Shown here: positions 9,801 to 18,900 of the stretch, one piece after another | Layout: every line of letters starts with the position of its first letter | How positions within the stretch are numbered: position 1 is the stretch's first letter | DNA from: Verrucomicrobiota bacterium | Lineage (GTDB): Bacteria; Verrucomicrobiota; Verrucomicrobiia; Limisphaerales; Palsa-1400 | Direction: 5' to 3' | DNA length: 64,000 nucleotides | Assembly: GCA_049510745.1 (NCBI GenBank) | Contig: JBEKYR010000015.1 | Span: 42,858-106,857 of the forward strand | Translations under genes and position numbers: made by a program | Notes under the pieces: model-generated | What the model saw: the letters and a program-made list of their open reading frames with translations, nothing else | Told to the model about the DNA's origin: nothing | The model's database searches: none

Positions 9801-9806
9801 TCCTTT

Positions 9807-9893
9807 ATGTTCTCCATTGTTGACAGCGCGCGCCGCCTGGAAGGCAATGGCGAACGGGAATTTCACGGCGCCGCCGGCGCCGCCCTCGCATGA
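9807..9893 (+). pseudogene. fliG: 28-aa remnant resembling the extreme C-terminus of FliG, in the fliG position
   Basis: ATG 6 bp after the fliF stop encodes MFSIVDSARRLEGNGEREFHGAAGAALA*, similar to the FliG terminal I...ARRLE..GE(I) helix. Its stop overlaps the fliH start (ATGA). Confidence 0.65.
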
Positions 9894-10483
9894 ACCCTTG
9901 GTCGGACACGCTCCCCATGCCCAAGCCGCTGCGCGGGGTCCTCCTCCTGAACCCCGCGGACAAAGAAGCCGCGGCCGCGCGGGCGGCCATGGAAGAAGAA
10001 CTGCGCGCCAGTTACCAGCGCGGGCGCGACGACGCGGAACGAGCGATGGGCCAGCAACTCCTCCAGCAGCGGGCCGAGGTCCACGAACTGATGCGCGGCG
10101 TGCTGGAGTCGCTGCGCAATTGCGTCCCGCAGATTCTACACGACAGCGAGAACATGCTCATTGCCCTGGCCCTGTCTGCCGCGCAAAAGCTGGTGGCCGA
10201 CACGCCCATCTCGGCCGCCATGGTGGAAGCGGTCGTGCGCGACGCCCTGGCGCAGGTCGAGGGCACCGCGCAGTTCACCGTGCGTCTGCACCCGGCGGAC
10301 CTGGAATTGCTGCAAAAATCCGCCTCCCCTCTGCTGGCTTCGGGCGACGGGGCCAAGGAATTCCGCTTTCTCTCCTCGCCGGAAGTGACCCGCGGCGGAT
10401 GCCTGGTGCAGACCCACTTCGGCACCGTGGACGCGCGCCGCGAAACAAAATTTGATCTCCTGCAAAGAACCCTGCTCGTCTGA
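9890..10483 (+). CDS. fliH: Flagellar assembly protein FliH
   Basis: SYQRG, LALSAAQKLV, VRLHPADL, GGCLVQTHFGTVDAR. Lies directly before fliI. Confidence 0.9.
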   Translation: MNPWSDTLPMPKPLRGVLLLNPADKEAAAARAAMEEELRASYQRGRDDAERAMGQQLLQQRAEVHELMRGVLESLRNCVPQILHDSENMLIALALSAAQKLVADTPISAAMVEAVVRDALAQVEGTAQFTVRLHPADLELLQKSASPLLASGDGAKEFRFLSSPEVTRGGCLVQTHFGTVDARRETKFDLLQRTLLV

Positions 10484-11853
10484 TGAACCGACACGCCATC
10501 TGCACATCCAACCGCCTGGAAGGCCTGCTGCGCCGCGTGCAGGAAACCGAGGTCATCCGCAATCATGGCCGCGTCGTCCAGTTGATCGGGCTGGTGATCG
10601 AATCGGAAGGACCGCTGGCCGCCGTTGGCGAAATCTGCCGCATCGAATCGGCCGGCCAGGATGGTTCGACGCTGGCCGAGGTGGTTGGTTTTCGCAATAA
10701 TCACGTCCTGCTCATGCCGTTGGGCGAACTTCACGGCATCCATCCCGGCGCCGAGGTCATCGCTCTGGGCACCACCCTGCGCGTTCCGGTGGGTGATTCG
10801 CTCAAAGGGCGCGTTATCGATGGCTTGGGCCGTCCGCTGGACGACTTGGGACCCATCCAGGCCAGCGACGACGTCAGTTTGACCCTGCAACCGCCCCATC
10901 CCCTCAAGCGCCAACGTATTCAACATTGCTTTCGCACCGGGATCAAAGCCATCGACACCTTTGTGCCTTGCGGACGGGGCCAGCGCCTGGGGATTTTCGC
11001 GGGCAGCGGCGTCGGCAAATCGACCCTGCTGGGAATGATCGCCAGCCAGGCCGAGGCCGATGTCAACGTCATCGCCTTGATCGGCGAACGGGGACGTGAA
11101 GTGCGGGAGTTTTTGGAAAAGGATTTGGATGAGAACGGCCGCCGCAAATCCGTCGTCGTGGTGGCCACTTCCAACCAGCCCGCCATTGCCCGCCTCAAGG
11201 GCGCCTTCGTCGCCATGGCGGTGGCCGAATACTTCCGTGACAAGGGACAGAATGTCCTGTTGATGATGGATTCGGTCACCCGCTTTGCCACCGCCCAACG
11301 CGAGATTGGCCTGGCCGTCGGCGAACCTCCCGCCACCCGCGGCTATACGCCGTCCGTTTTCTCCCTGCTGCCCCAATTGCTGGAGCGCGCCGGCACCGGC
11401 CCTTCCGGTTCCATCACCGGCCTTTTCACCGTGCTGGTGGAAGCCGACGACATGAACGACCCGATTGCCGACGCGGTGCGCTCGATCTTGGACGGCCACG
11501 TTGTTCTCACCCGCGAGTTGGCGACCCAGAACCATTATCCGGCCATCGATGTGCTCGAAAGCGTCAGCCGGTTGACCCGCGACCTGACCACAGTCGGGCA
11601 ACAGAAGCTCACGGCGGACGCCCGCGAAACTCTGGCAACCTATCGCAAGAACCAGGATTTGATCAACATCGGCGCCTATCCGGCGGGGACCAATCCGGCC
11701 ATTGATCTGAGCATCCATCTGCACGAGCCGATGAAGAGCTTTCTGCGCCAGCCGATCGACCAGGGTTCGTTGACAGAGCAAAGCTGGTCCCTGCTGGCCC
11801 AAACCATGGCCACGCCCATGCCGGCCAAACCCACCCCCGCTAAACGCGCATGA
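10483..11853 (+). CDS. fliI: Flagellar export ATPase FliI
   Basis: GQRLGIFAGSGVGKST (Walker A), LIGERGREV, LMMDSVTRF (Walker B), GEPP..RGY.PS, LDGH. Confidence 0.97.
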   Translation: MNRHAICTSNRLEGLLRRVQETEVIRNHGRVVQLIGLVIESEGPLAAVGEICRIESAGQDGSTLAEVVGFRNNHVLLMPLGELHGIHPGAEVIALGTTLRVPVGDSLKGRVIDGLGRPLDDLGPIQASDDVSLTLQPPHPLKRQRIQHCFRTGIKAIDTFVPCGRGQRLGIFAGSGVGKSTLLGMIASQAEADVNVIALIGERGREVREFLEKDLDENGRRKSVVVVATSNQPAIARLKGAFVAMAVAEYFRDKGQNVLLMMDSVTRFATAQREIGLAVGEPPATRGYTPSVFSLLPQLLERAGTGPSGSITGLFTVLVEADDMNDPIADAVRSILDGHVVLTRELATQNHYPAIDVLESVSRLTRDLTTVGQQKLTADARETLATYRKNQDLINIGAYPAGTNPAIDLSIHLHEPMKSFLRQPIDQGSLTEQSWSLLAQTMATPMPAKPTPAKRA

Positions 11854-12320
11854 AAGCCTTTCGATTCACCTTGGAGGCGGTTCGAACCGTGCGTCAGCGG
11901 CAGGAAAACGACGCCCTGGAACTCTATGCCCGCGCCTTGCTCGCCCGCCAGCAGGTCCTCGATGCGCTGGAAGCGGTGGACGGGCGCATCAACGACGACT
12001 GGTCGCACATCCGCCAATTGCTGGCCAACGGTTGCAGCGCCGCCCAGGCGGCCCAGGCTCACCGGTTCCACCGGTCCTTGGAAAAAGAGCGCGACGACTG
12101 CGTGGCCGCCCTCGGTCAGGCCGAGCGACGGGTCCAGTCCGCCTCGCAGGCGATGCTCGCCGCCCGCCAGCAGCGCGAGATTGTCGAAACCTATCGGGAA
12201 AAACAACACCTCCGCCATCAGCGACTGGAAGCGCGCGAGGAACAGAAGCTTCTCGACGAGTTCGCCGTCCGCCGCGTGACCGCCATCCACGCCGGCCAAC
12301 CCCAATCTTCACATGACTAA
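11850..12320 (+). CDS. fliJ: Flagellar export protein FliJ
   Basis: MKAFRFTLEAV..VR, a coiled coil, and C-terminal EQKLLDE. Synteny supports the call. Confidence 0.9.
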   Translation: MKAFRFTLEAVRTVRQRQENDALELYARALLARQQVLDALEAVDGRINDDWSHIRQLLANGCSAAQAAQAHRFHRSLEKERDDCVAALGQAERRVQSASQAMLAARQQREIVETYREKQHLRHQRLEAREEQKLLDEFAVRRVTAIHAGQPQSSHD

Positions 12321-12897
12321 ATTACTTGAAAACACCTGGATCAGCGCCCCCGTGGGCGTCGTGGTTTATCTCCTCTGCACGGTTCTCTTCTGGGAAACGC
12401 CCACCGTGCCGCTGTCGGACAGGCTGGGAAACGCCCTCCGTTTCACCGGGCCGGCCTGGAATTTCAAAAATCCCGAAGCCGATCAACTCATCGCCGAGCT
12501 GAAGATCGAGAGGAAATCCGTGGCGCTGCGCGAGCAACAACTCGATGAACTGGCCGCCCGCTTGCAGAGTGAACGCGCCGAACTGGGCCAGGTCACCCAG
12601 TCGGTCCGCCAACTTCAGAGCGATTTCGACAAATCCGTCCTCCGCGTCAAAGAGGAGGAAGTGGCCAACTTGAAAAAACTGGCCAAGGTCTATGGCGACA
12701 TGTCCCCCGAAACCGCCGCCACGGTCTTGTCCGAAATGGATAATGGGTCCATCGTGCGGATTCTCCTCTTTCTCAAAGACAATGAAACGGCCGCCATCCT
12801 CGAGGCGCTGGCCAAGAAAGGACAGGCCGAAGCGCGCCGCACCGCCGAGCTTTCCGAGCAGGTTCGCCTTTCCACCCACAGCACCACAACCAAATGA
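12313..12897 (+). CDS. MotE/YlxF-like (MgtE N-terminal-like) flagellar protein
   Basis: TM plus coiled coil, then LKKLAKVYGDMSPETAA.VL..M...IL..LK...AAIL. Lies between fliJ and fliK. Confidence 0.75.
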   Translation: MTKLLENTWISAPVGVVVYLLCTVLFWETPTVPLSDRLGNALRFTGPAWNFKNPEADQLIAELKIERKSVALREQQLDELAARLQSERAELGQVTQSVRQLQSDFDKSVLRVKEEEVANLKKLAKVYGDMSPETAATVLSEMDNGSIVRILLFLKDNETAAILEALAKKGQAEARRTAELSEQVRLSTHSTTTK

Positions 12898-14363
12898 CCG
12901 CCCAAGCACCCGCCACCAAAGCCAGCGGCGCCTCGGCGCTGCTGGCTTCCGTTTCGCCCCATCCGCCCCCGGCGCAGCCATCCGCTCCGCAAGATTTTTC
13001 CGCTGTCATCTTACGGGCTGTCACCTCCCAGACCGCGGATTTGGGCTTGCCCCATCCGCCTCCGATCCAGCCATCCGCCCCGCAAGACTCTTCTACTGTC
13101 ATTTTACGGGCGGCCAACTCCCAAGCTGCGGATTCGGACTCGCCGGCGCAGAAATCGACCGACCCCACCGCGCCCGCCCAGGGCAAGGCCGCCAGCCCGG
13201 ACGCCGCCGATCCAGACCCGTCAAGCCTGCTGCTGGCATTGCTGGCCCAAGCGCTGCCTGTTCCCCCGCCACTTCCGGAGGGCCACGAATCGGTCGTGCC
13301 AAAACCCGCCAGTCTCACCACGGAGGCGACCACAGCCGAACCCGCCGACTTGGTTCCGAAACAGGACGCCGCCGAGGGAAACCCGGCCAAAACCGACCCT
13401 AAGAATTCGCCTGCCCAAAAGACTTTGGCATCAGCCACTGAAGAACCTTCCGCCCCAACCCCAAAACCCAGCCACAGCAAGGAAAGCATACTGTCATATG
13501 ACAGCATGACTCATTTGACCTCTCCGACCTCTCCGACGTCTTCAGCCTCTTCCGGCCCAACCCTGAGACTCCCCCCCGGCAAGGCGGATTCCGGCGTTGC
13601 CGAAGAAAAACCGCCGGTCGCATCCCCCCAGCCCCAGGCGCCGGAGAAGGCCGACGGCACCGAGGCACCGCCAACTGGCACGTCCGCTGCTACGAGTAAT
13701 CCGACAATGAATTTTAGAGCTGAAAGGAACGAAATTGCCGGGCCGACAGAGCAAAAGTTGCCGCCCGCCGCTGTGGGTGCCGTGACGGCTGTCAATGCCG
13801 GTGGCTCGATTGGCCAGCGGAAGGCAAAACCGTCCCTTGATTTCACGTGGCACGACACGCCGGCCCAGGATTTGGCCATGATTGATCCTTCCGCGAAAGC
13901 CGTCCTGGCGGCGCGCGAGACCGGGGCCGCCAGTTCTCCCGCGACCGGGCAATTGGCCCAAATCGAGCAGTTGATTTCGCGCGAAGTGGTGATCATCCGG
14001 GAAAAAGGGGCCGACAGCCTGGGAGTTTCGCTGAAGGTCGATGCCAACACGCAGCTTTTCTTGCAGTTGACAAATCACAACGGCCAGTTGCAGGCCTCCC
14101 TGCGGTGCGAACGGGGCGATTTTTCCGCCCTCGACACCCAGTGGACGCAGTTGCAGCAGGCGCTGGCGCGACAGAACGTGCAGTTGATGCCGCCGGGCGC
14201 CGGCGCCAGTTCAAGCTCTCAGCAGCCATCAGACCCTCAGCAGCGCCGGCTTCCGCAATCCCGCGAAGAGGCGCCGGCGGCCAACGTGGCCGTTGAGCCG
14301 GCACAATCCCGCACACCGAAACATCGAAACCGTTCCCGGCAACGCTGGGAATCCTGGGCTTAA
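12894..14363 (+). CDS. fliK: Hook-length control protein FliK-like
   Basis: Long Pro/Ala/Ser-rich disordered region and a C-terminal alpha/beta domain (LGVSLKVD..TQLFLQL...LQQALARQNVQL). Lies before flgD. Confidence 0.75.
   Translation: MTAQAPATKASGASALLASVSPHPPPAQPSAPQDFSAVILRAVTSQTADLGLPHPPPIQPSAPQDSSTVILRAANSQAADSDSPAQKSTDPTAPAQGKAASPDAADPDPSSLLLALLAQALPVPPPLPEGHESVVPKPASLTTEATTAEPADLVPKQDAAEGNPAKTDPKNSPAQKTLASATEEPSAPTPKPSHSKESILSYDSMTHLTSPTSPTSSASSGPTLRLPPGKADSGVAEEKPPVASPQPQAPEKADGTEAPPTGTSAATSNPTMNFRAERNEIAGPTEQKLPPAAVGAVTAVNAGGSIGQRKAKPSLDFTWHDTPAQDLAMIDPSAKAVLAARETGAASSPATGQLAQIEQLISREVVIIREKGADSLGVSLKVDANTQLFLQLTNHNGQLQASLRCERGDFSALDTQWTQLQQALARQNVQLMPPGAGASSSSQQPSDPQQRRLPQSREEAPAANVAVEPAQSRTPKHRNRSRQRWESWA
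12956..13141 (+). repeat. Imperfect 93-bp in-frame tandem duplication within fliK
   Basis: Encodes HPPPAQPSAPQDFSAVILRAVTSQTAD / HPPPIQPSAPQDSSTVILRAANSQAAD. Confidence 0.85.
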
Positions 14364-14375
14364 CCCTTCCATCTT

Positions 14376-14789
14376 ATGTCGTCATCCATCTCCTCTGTTT
14401 TGCCGTCCCAAAGCCTCAACCAGGCGGACTTTCTCAAACTGCTGGTCACGCAAATGAGTTCGCAGGACCCGCTCAATCCGCAAAGCGATACCGCCTTTGC
14501 CGCGCAACTGGCCCAGTTCAGCGCCCTGCAGTCGTCGCAAAACATGGAGGGTGATTTGCAGACTTTGCAGGCCGACTCTCTCATCGGGCAAACCGTCACT
14601 CTCACGCCTTCCACCGGCGCCGCCCAAGTCAGCGGCGTTGTCAGCTCGGTGCAAATCGCCTCGGGCACGCCGGAGATCGTGGTCAACGGCCAGACCTACA
14701 CTTTGAGCCAGGTGGCCGCCGTCGCTCCGACCGTGTCCACCAGCACAACCCCAACGAACAGCGCCACTCAATCCTCAACTCAGAAATAA
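14376..14789 (+). CDS. flgD: Hook-capping protein FlgD (short)
   Basis: LNQADFLKLLVTQMSSQDPLNP, FAAQLAQFS.L, SLIGQTV. Confidence 0.93.
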   Translation: MSSSISSVLPSQSLNQADFLKLLVTQMSSQDPLNPQSDTAFAAQLAQFSALQSSQNMEGDLQTLQADSLIGQTVTLTPSTGAAQVSGVVSSVQIASGTPEIVVNGQTYTLSQVAAVAPTVSTSTTPTNSATQSSTQK

Positions 14790-14798
14790 TAACACACT

Positions 14799-15641
14799 AT
14801 GCTTACTTCACTCAGCTCAGGCGTCAGCGGACTGGATGCCTTCCAGCAGCAGATGGACATCATTGGCAACAACATTGCCAACCTCAACACAACCGGCTTT
14901 AAAACCGCCACCGGCAATCTGGTGGACGCCTTCAGCGATACGCTGCAAGCCGCCACCGCTGCCACCGGCAGTGTCAGCGGCACCGACGCGATGCAAGTTG
15001 GAACCGGTGTGACCACCGCTTCCATCACCAACAATTGGTCGGAAGGGGCGATCAACTCCACCGGCGTGACCAGCAACCTGGCCATCAACGGCAATGGATT
15101 CTTCATGGTGCAGGATCCAAGCAACAGCAGCGCCCAATACGCCACCCAGGACGGCACTTTCAGCGTGAACTCCAATGGGTTCTTGGTGACCTCCACCGGC
15201 ATGGACGTGCTGGGCTATAACACGACGGCCCTTTCCGCGACAGGCCCCATCAAGATTGACACCACCGGCTCCAGTTCGACGGCCGCCATGACCTCCTACA
15301 CGATCAATTCCCAGGGCGTTATCACGGTCAATCAAGCCGACGGCACCTCGTTCACCCGCGGTCAGATTCTCCTGCAGAACTTCGTCAATCCGCAGGCCCT
15401 GAGCAGCGTGGGCAACAATCTTTATTCCAACATGGCCAACGCCGGCCCGCTGGCCGCAATGGCCACGCCCGGCTCCAGCGGCTTGGGCACCATTCAATCC
15501 GGCGCGCTCGAATTGTCCAACGTCGATCTTTCCGCCCAGATGGCTAATTTGATCACCGCGCAGCGCGGGTTCGAAGCGAACTCCAAGATGATCACGACCA
15601 GCGATGAGTTGCTGCAAGACGTCGTGAACATGAAACGTTAA
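14799..15641 (+). CDS. flgE: Flagellar hook protein FlgE (short, 280 aa; FlgE/FlgG family)
   Basis: GVSGL...Q.MDIIGNNIANLNTTGFK, LAINGNGFF, GALELSNVDL...LITAQRGFEANSK.ITT.D. Follows flgD. Confidence 0.88.
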   Translation: MLTSLSSGVSGLDAFQQQMDIIGNNIANLNTTGFKTATGNLVDAFSDTLQAATAATGSVSGTDAMQVGTGVTTASITNNWSEGAINSTGVTSNLAINGNGFFMVQDPSNSSAQYATQDGTFSVNSNGFLVTSTGMDVLGYNTTALSATGPIKIDTTGSSSTAAMTSYTINSQGVITVNQADGTSFTRGQILLQNFVNPQALSSVGNNLYSNMANAGPLAAMATPGSSGLGTIQSGALELSNVDLSAQMANLITAQRGFEANSKMITTSDELLQDVVNMKR

Positions 15642-15652
15642 TTCCTCGTCTT

Positions 15653-16252
15653 ATGCCGGACAAAACCGAACCCCGCACCGGCGGACGCCTGGAGGCGCCG
15701 GCCGAAGAGCCCACCCCCGAGGCTCCGGCGGCCAAACCGCCGGCTTCGGGCAAAACGTGGCTGCCCCTGCTCATCACCGTGGTCGCCATGCCCATGCTGG
15801 CTTATGCCACCACCAAGTTTGTCCTGGTGCCGCAGATGAAGCGGGCCTTGGCTCAATCGACCGCCGCCCCCGTCGAATCCGCCGCCGCCACAGGCGGAGG
15901 CGAAAGCCACGCCACGGCCAGCGACGGCAAGACGACCATCGACGGCAAGACCAAGGTCACCGTCCCGTTGAGCAAAATCCTCGTCAACGTCGCCGGCACG
16001 ATGGGCACGCGCTACTTGATGACCAGCGTCACCCTGGTGGGAACGGACCCGAATCTGAAGAACGCGATCGATCAAAACAAGGACCAACTCCTGGACCTGG
16101 CCACCGGCACCCTCTGCACCAAAACAATTGCCGACCTGGAAAAGCCCGGCGCGCGCAACGTCATCCGCGCCGAACTGATGACCATTTTCAACAACGCCCT
16201 GGGCGGACCCGTCATCAAGGAAATTTACATCACCGAACTGGCCATTCAATGA
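15653..16252 (+). CDS. fliL: Basal-body-associated protein FliL
   Basis: Single TM, ILVNVAG..GTRYL, C-terminal IKEIYITELAIQ. Confidence 0.88.
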   Translation: MPDKTEPRTGGRLEAPAEEPTPEAPAAKPPASGKTWLPLLITVVAMPMLAYATTKFVLVPQMKRALAQSTAAPVESAAATGGGESHATASDGKTTIDGKTKVTVPLSKILVNVAGTMGTRYLMTSVTLVGTDPNLKNAIDQNKDQLLDLATGTLCTKTIADLEKPGARNVIRAELMTIFNNALGGPVIKEIYITELAIQ

Positions 16253-17193
16253 CTCAGGCGCCCAATCCACCACCCGCCGCCACCCCGCCGGCCTGCGAAA
16301 GCCAGCCCCCGCCCGTGGCGGTTCAGCCTTTGGACCTGCGCGCTTCCTCACTGCTCTCTCCGCGCCAGTTGCGGGCTTTGCGGGCGCATGAGGAGCAGTT
16401 TCTTGACGCGGCCAGCGCGCGGGTGTCGCTGTTTCTGCGCTCGGAATTCCCGCTCAAGCTGGCCTCCATCCAGGTCGTCTCCTACCAAAAGCTGACCGAA
16501 ACCTGGGCGGCGCCGGCCCATTTGACTCTTTTCAAGACCGAGCCGTTGCGCGGCGTTTCAATTCTTGACATCGAGGTGCCCCTGGCCCTGGCCATCGTGG
16601 ACCGCCTCATGGGCGGCCCCGGCAAGGCGGCGGAAACGGCCCGCCAGTTGAGCGAAATCGAAAGGGCGTTGCTCGACCAGATCGTCCAGATTCTCCTGGA
16701 GGAATGGTGCAATAATTGGGCCTCGCTGCGCCCGCTTAAGCCCTCCATTTTGGGCTGCGAATCCAATGGCCGCTTTCTTCAGACCGCGCCGCCCCAGGCC
16801 AGCATGCTGGCTTTTTCCATCGAGGCCTGCTCCGGCGATGGCGCGGGCCGGATGCAACTGGCCTTTCCCTATGCCGCCCTGGAGCCGTTGCTGCGCCAGC
16901 TTTGCCCGGAGGCCGAGCCGGCGGCCCATGCCCCCGCCCCGCTTCCCCAAGCCTCCACTCAATGGAACCGCGGCCTGGACGATGTCTCCCTGCCTGTCAC
17001 CGCGGAATGGCGGGAGATGGAACTTTCCGCGCGGGATATTCTCCACTTGAAGGTCGGCGACGTTCTTCAAGTCGGCCCGCAACTGGCCCGGCAGGTTTCG
17101 CTGCGGCTGGGCGAACTGCCCAAATTCAACGGCCGCCTCGGCACCCTCGGCGGCGCTTGGGCCGTGGAAATCACGCAACCGATCCACCTCTGA
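16249..17193 (+). CDS. fliM: C-ring switch protein FliM (N-terminal CheY-binding motif absent)
   Basis: ATG overlaps the fliL stop. CheC-like middle domain with DRLMGGPG and LSEIE..L, then FPY..LEP and a C-terminal SpoA domain (DILHLKVGDVL). Confidence 0.88.
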   Translation: MTQAPNPPPAATPPACESQPPPVAVQPLDLRASSLLSPRQLRALRAHEEQFLDAASARVSLFLRSEFPLKLASIQVVSYQKLTETWAAPAHLTLFKTEPLRGVSILDIEVPLALAIVDRLMGGPGKAAETARQLSEIERALLDQIVQILLEEWCNNWASLRPLKPSILGCESNGRFLQTAPPQASMLAFSIEACSGDGAGRMQLAFPYAALEPLLRQLCPEAEPAAHAPAPLPQASTQWNRGLDDVSLPVTAEWREMELSARDILHLKVGDVLQVGPQLARQVSLRLGELPKFNGRLGTLGGAWAVEITQPIHL

Positions 17194-17197
17194 TTTT

Positions 17198-17461
17198 ATG
17201 GATGCAAAACCCAGTCCCGCCCTCAATCTCGATCTGCTCCTCGATGTCCGCGTCAAGCTGACCATCGAGCTGGGCTCCTGCCAGATGCCCTTGCGCGAGG
17301 TGCTCCAACTCACGCCCGGCTCGGTCGTCAAGCTCGACCAGGCCGCGCAGTGTCCCGTCAACCTTTACGCCAACCAGAAGCACATCGCTCGCGGTGAAGT
17401 TGTTGTCGTGAACGACTGCTACGGCATCAAAATCACCGAACTTTTTGGAGCCGCCCCGTGA
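17198..17461 (+). CDS. fliN: C-ring protein FliN
   Basis: NLDLLLDVRVKLTIELG, L.PGSVV.L, ARGEVVVVND.YGIKIT. Confidence 0.93.
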   Translation: MDAKPSPALNLDLLLDVRVKLTIELGSCQMPLREVLQLTPGSVVKLDQAAQCPVNLYANQKHIARGEVVVVNDCYGIKITELFGAAP

Positions 17462-17826
17462 CCAACCTTCCCGCGCTCTCCAGCGGTTTGCCCGACATGG
17501 GCGCCTCGCTGCTGCGCCTGGCGGGGGCGATGGCGCTGGTCATCGCCCTGTTCCTGGCCGGCGTCTGGCTTGTCAAAAATTGGCAGCGCCTGGCCAGCCG
17601 CGGGGGCGCCGCCCCCAAACTCAGCGTGCTGGAGGTCAAATCCCTCGGCCAGCGCCAGGCCCTTTACGTCGTCGGCTACGAGCAGCAACGCCTGCTCATC
17701 GCCTCCTCGGCCACGGGGCTGACCTTGCTCAGCCACCTGCCCGCGGCGGATGAACCGCCTCCCGAGGCCGCGCCCAAAATGAGTTTCGCCGAAGCCTTCC
17801 ACCACGTTTTGGCCGGCAAATCATGA
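17458..17826 (+). CDS. fliO: FliO/FliZ
   Basis: TM followed by LSVLEVKSLGQRQALYVV...RLLI. Lies between fliN and fliP. Confidence 0.85.
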   Translation: MTNLPALSSGLPDMGASLLRLAGAMALVIALFLAGVWLVKNWQRLASRGGAAPKLSVLEVKSLGQRQALYVVGYEQQRLLIASSATGLTLLSHLPAADEPPPEAAPKMSFAEAFHHVLAGKS

Positions 17827-18617
17827 ACCCTGCCGTTTCCCATCCCAGAGGCCCCCTTTTCCGGCCGGTCCCGCCTCCGTGGGGGGTCGCGCTTTTCTTT
17901 CTCCTGGCCGCCGTCGCGCCGGCCCACGCCCAGGCCAATTCCGGCGCGCTGAGCTTGAATATCGGCATCAACGGCTTGAACCAGCCGGTCGATGTCGATG
18001 GCGCCATGAAGGTGCTGGCCATCATGACCCTGCTCACGCTGGCCCCTTCCATCATTCTGCTCATGACCTGCTTCACCCGCATTGTCATTGTCCTCTCTTT
18101 TGTGCGCTCGGCCCTGTCCCTGCAAGCGGCGCCCTCCAACCAGATTTTGATCGGCCTCTCCCTCTTCTTGACCTTCTTCATCATGGAGCCGGTCTGGGAA
18201 CGGATCGACCACGAGGCGCTGGAGCCGTACCGCGCCAAACAGATCAGCAGCCAGGAGGCGCTGGAGCGCGCCGCCGGCCCGGTGCGCACGTTCATGCTCA
18301 AACAGGCGCGGCCCAAGGACGTGGAGCTGTTCGCCGTGCTGGCCCGCCTGGGGCCGACGCCGGTGGACAAGCTGCCGCTGAAGGTGGTGGTGCCGGGGTT
18401 CATCATCAGCGAACTGCGCACGGCCTTCCAGATGGGGTTCCTGCTCTTTCTGCCCTTTATTCTTATTGACTTGATCGTCGCCACCGTCCTCATGAGCATG
18501 GGCATGATGATGATGCCGCCCATGACCATTTCCCTGCCGTTGAAGATCCTGCTCTTTGTCCTGGTCGATGGCTGGCATCTGGTCGTCAGTTCCATCATCC
18601 AAAGTTTCGCCACCTGA
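17823..18617 (+). CDS. fliP: Export gate FliP
   Basis: LLMTCFTRIVIVLS, P.NQILIGLSLFLT, ISELRTAFQMGF, LMSMGMMMMPP, LFVLVDGW. Confidence 0.97.
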   Translation: MNPAVSHPRGPLFRPVPPPWGVALFFLLAAVAPAHAQANSGALSLNIGINGLNQPVDVDGAMKVLAIMTLLTLAPSIILLMTCFTRIVIVLSFVRSALSLQAAPSNQILIGLSLFLTFFIMEPVWERIDHEALEPYRAKQISSQEALERAAGPVRTFMLKQARPKDVELFAVLARLGPTPVDKLPLKVVVPGFIISELRTAFQMGFLLFLPFILIDLIVATVLMSMGMMMMPPMTISLPLKILLFVLVDGWHLVVSSIIQSFAT

Positions 18618-18621
18618 TTTT

Positions 18622-18891
18622 ATGAACGCCGCTTTTGCCACCGACTTGCTCAAGACGATGATGATGGAGGCCGTCACCCTGGCCGCTCCCATTCTGCTCA
18701 CGGCCATGGTCATCGGCCTGGCCGTGAGCCTGTTTCAATCGGTCACCTCCATCCAGGAACAAACCTTGACCTTTGTCCCCAAGGCCCTGGCCATCGTCGC
18801 CCTGCTCATCGTCCTGATGCCCTGGATGCTGCGCTCGCTGGTGGAGTATTCGGCGGCCATGATCGGAAAAATCCCGCAGATGGTGCAATGA
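18622..18891 (+). CDS. fliQ: Export gate FliQ
   Basis: GL.VSLFQSVTSIQEQTLTFVPK. Confidence 0.96.
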   Translation: MNAAFATDLLKTMMMEAVTLAAPILLTAMVIGLAVSLFQSVTSIQEQTLTFVPKALAIVALLIVLMPWMLRSLVEYSAAMIGKIPQMVQ

Positions 18892-18900
18892 ACCGCCGCC

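Noticed and set aside
15757..16248. Apparent N-terminal extension of FliM (478-aa ORF)
   Set aside because: It is an Arg-rich off-frame read of fliL. The real start is 16249.
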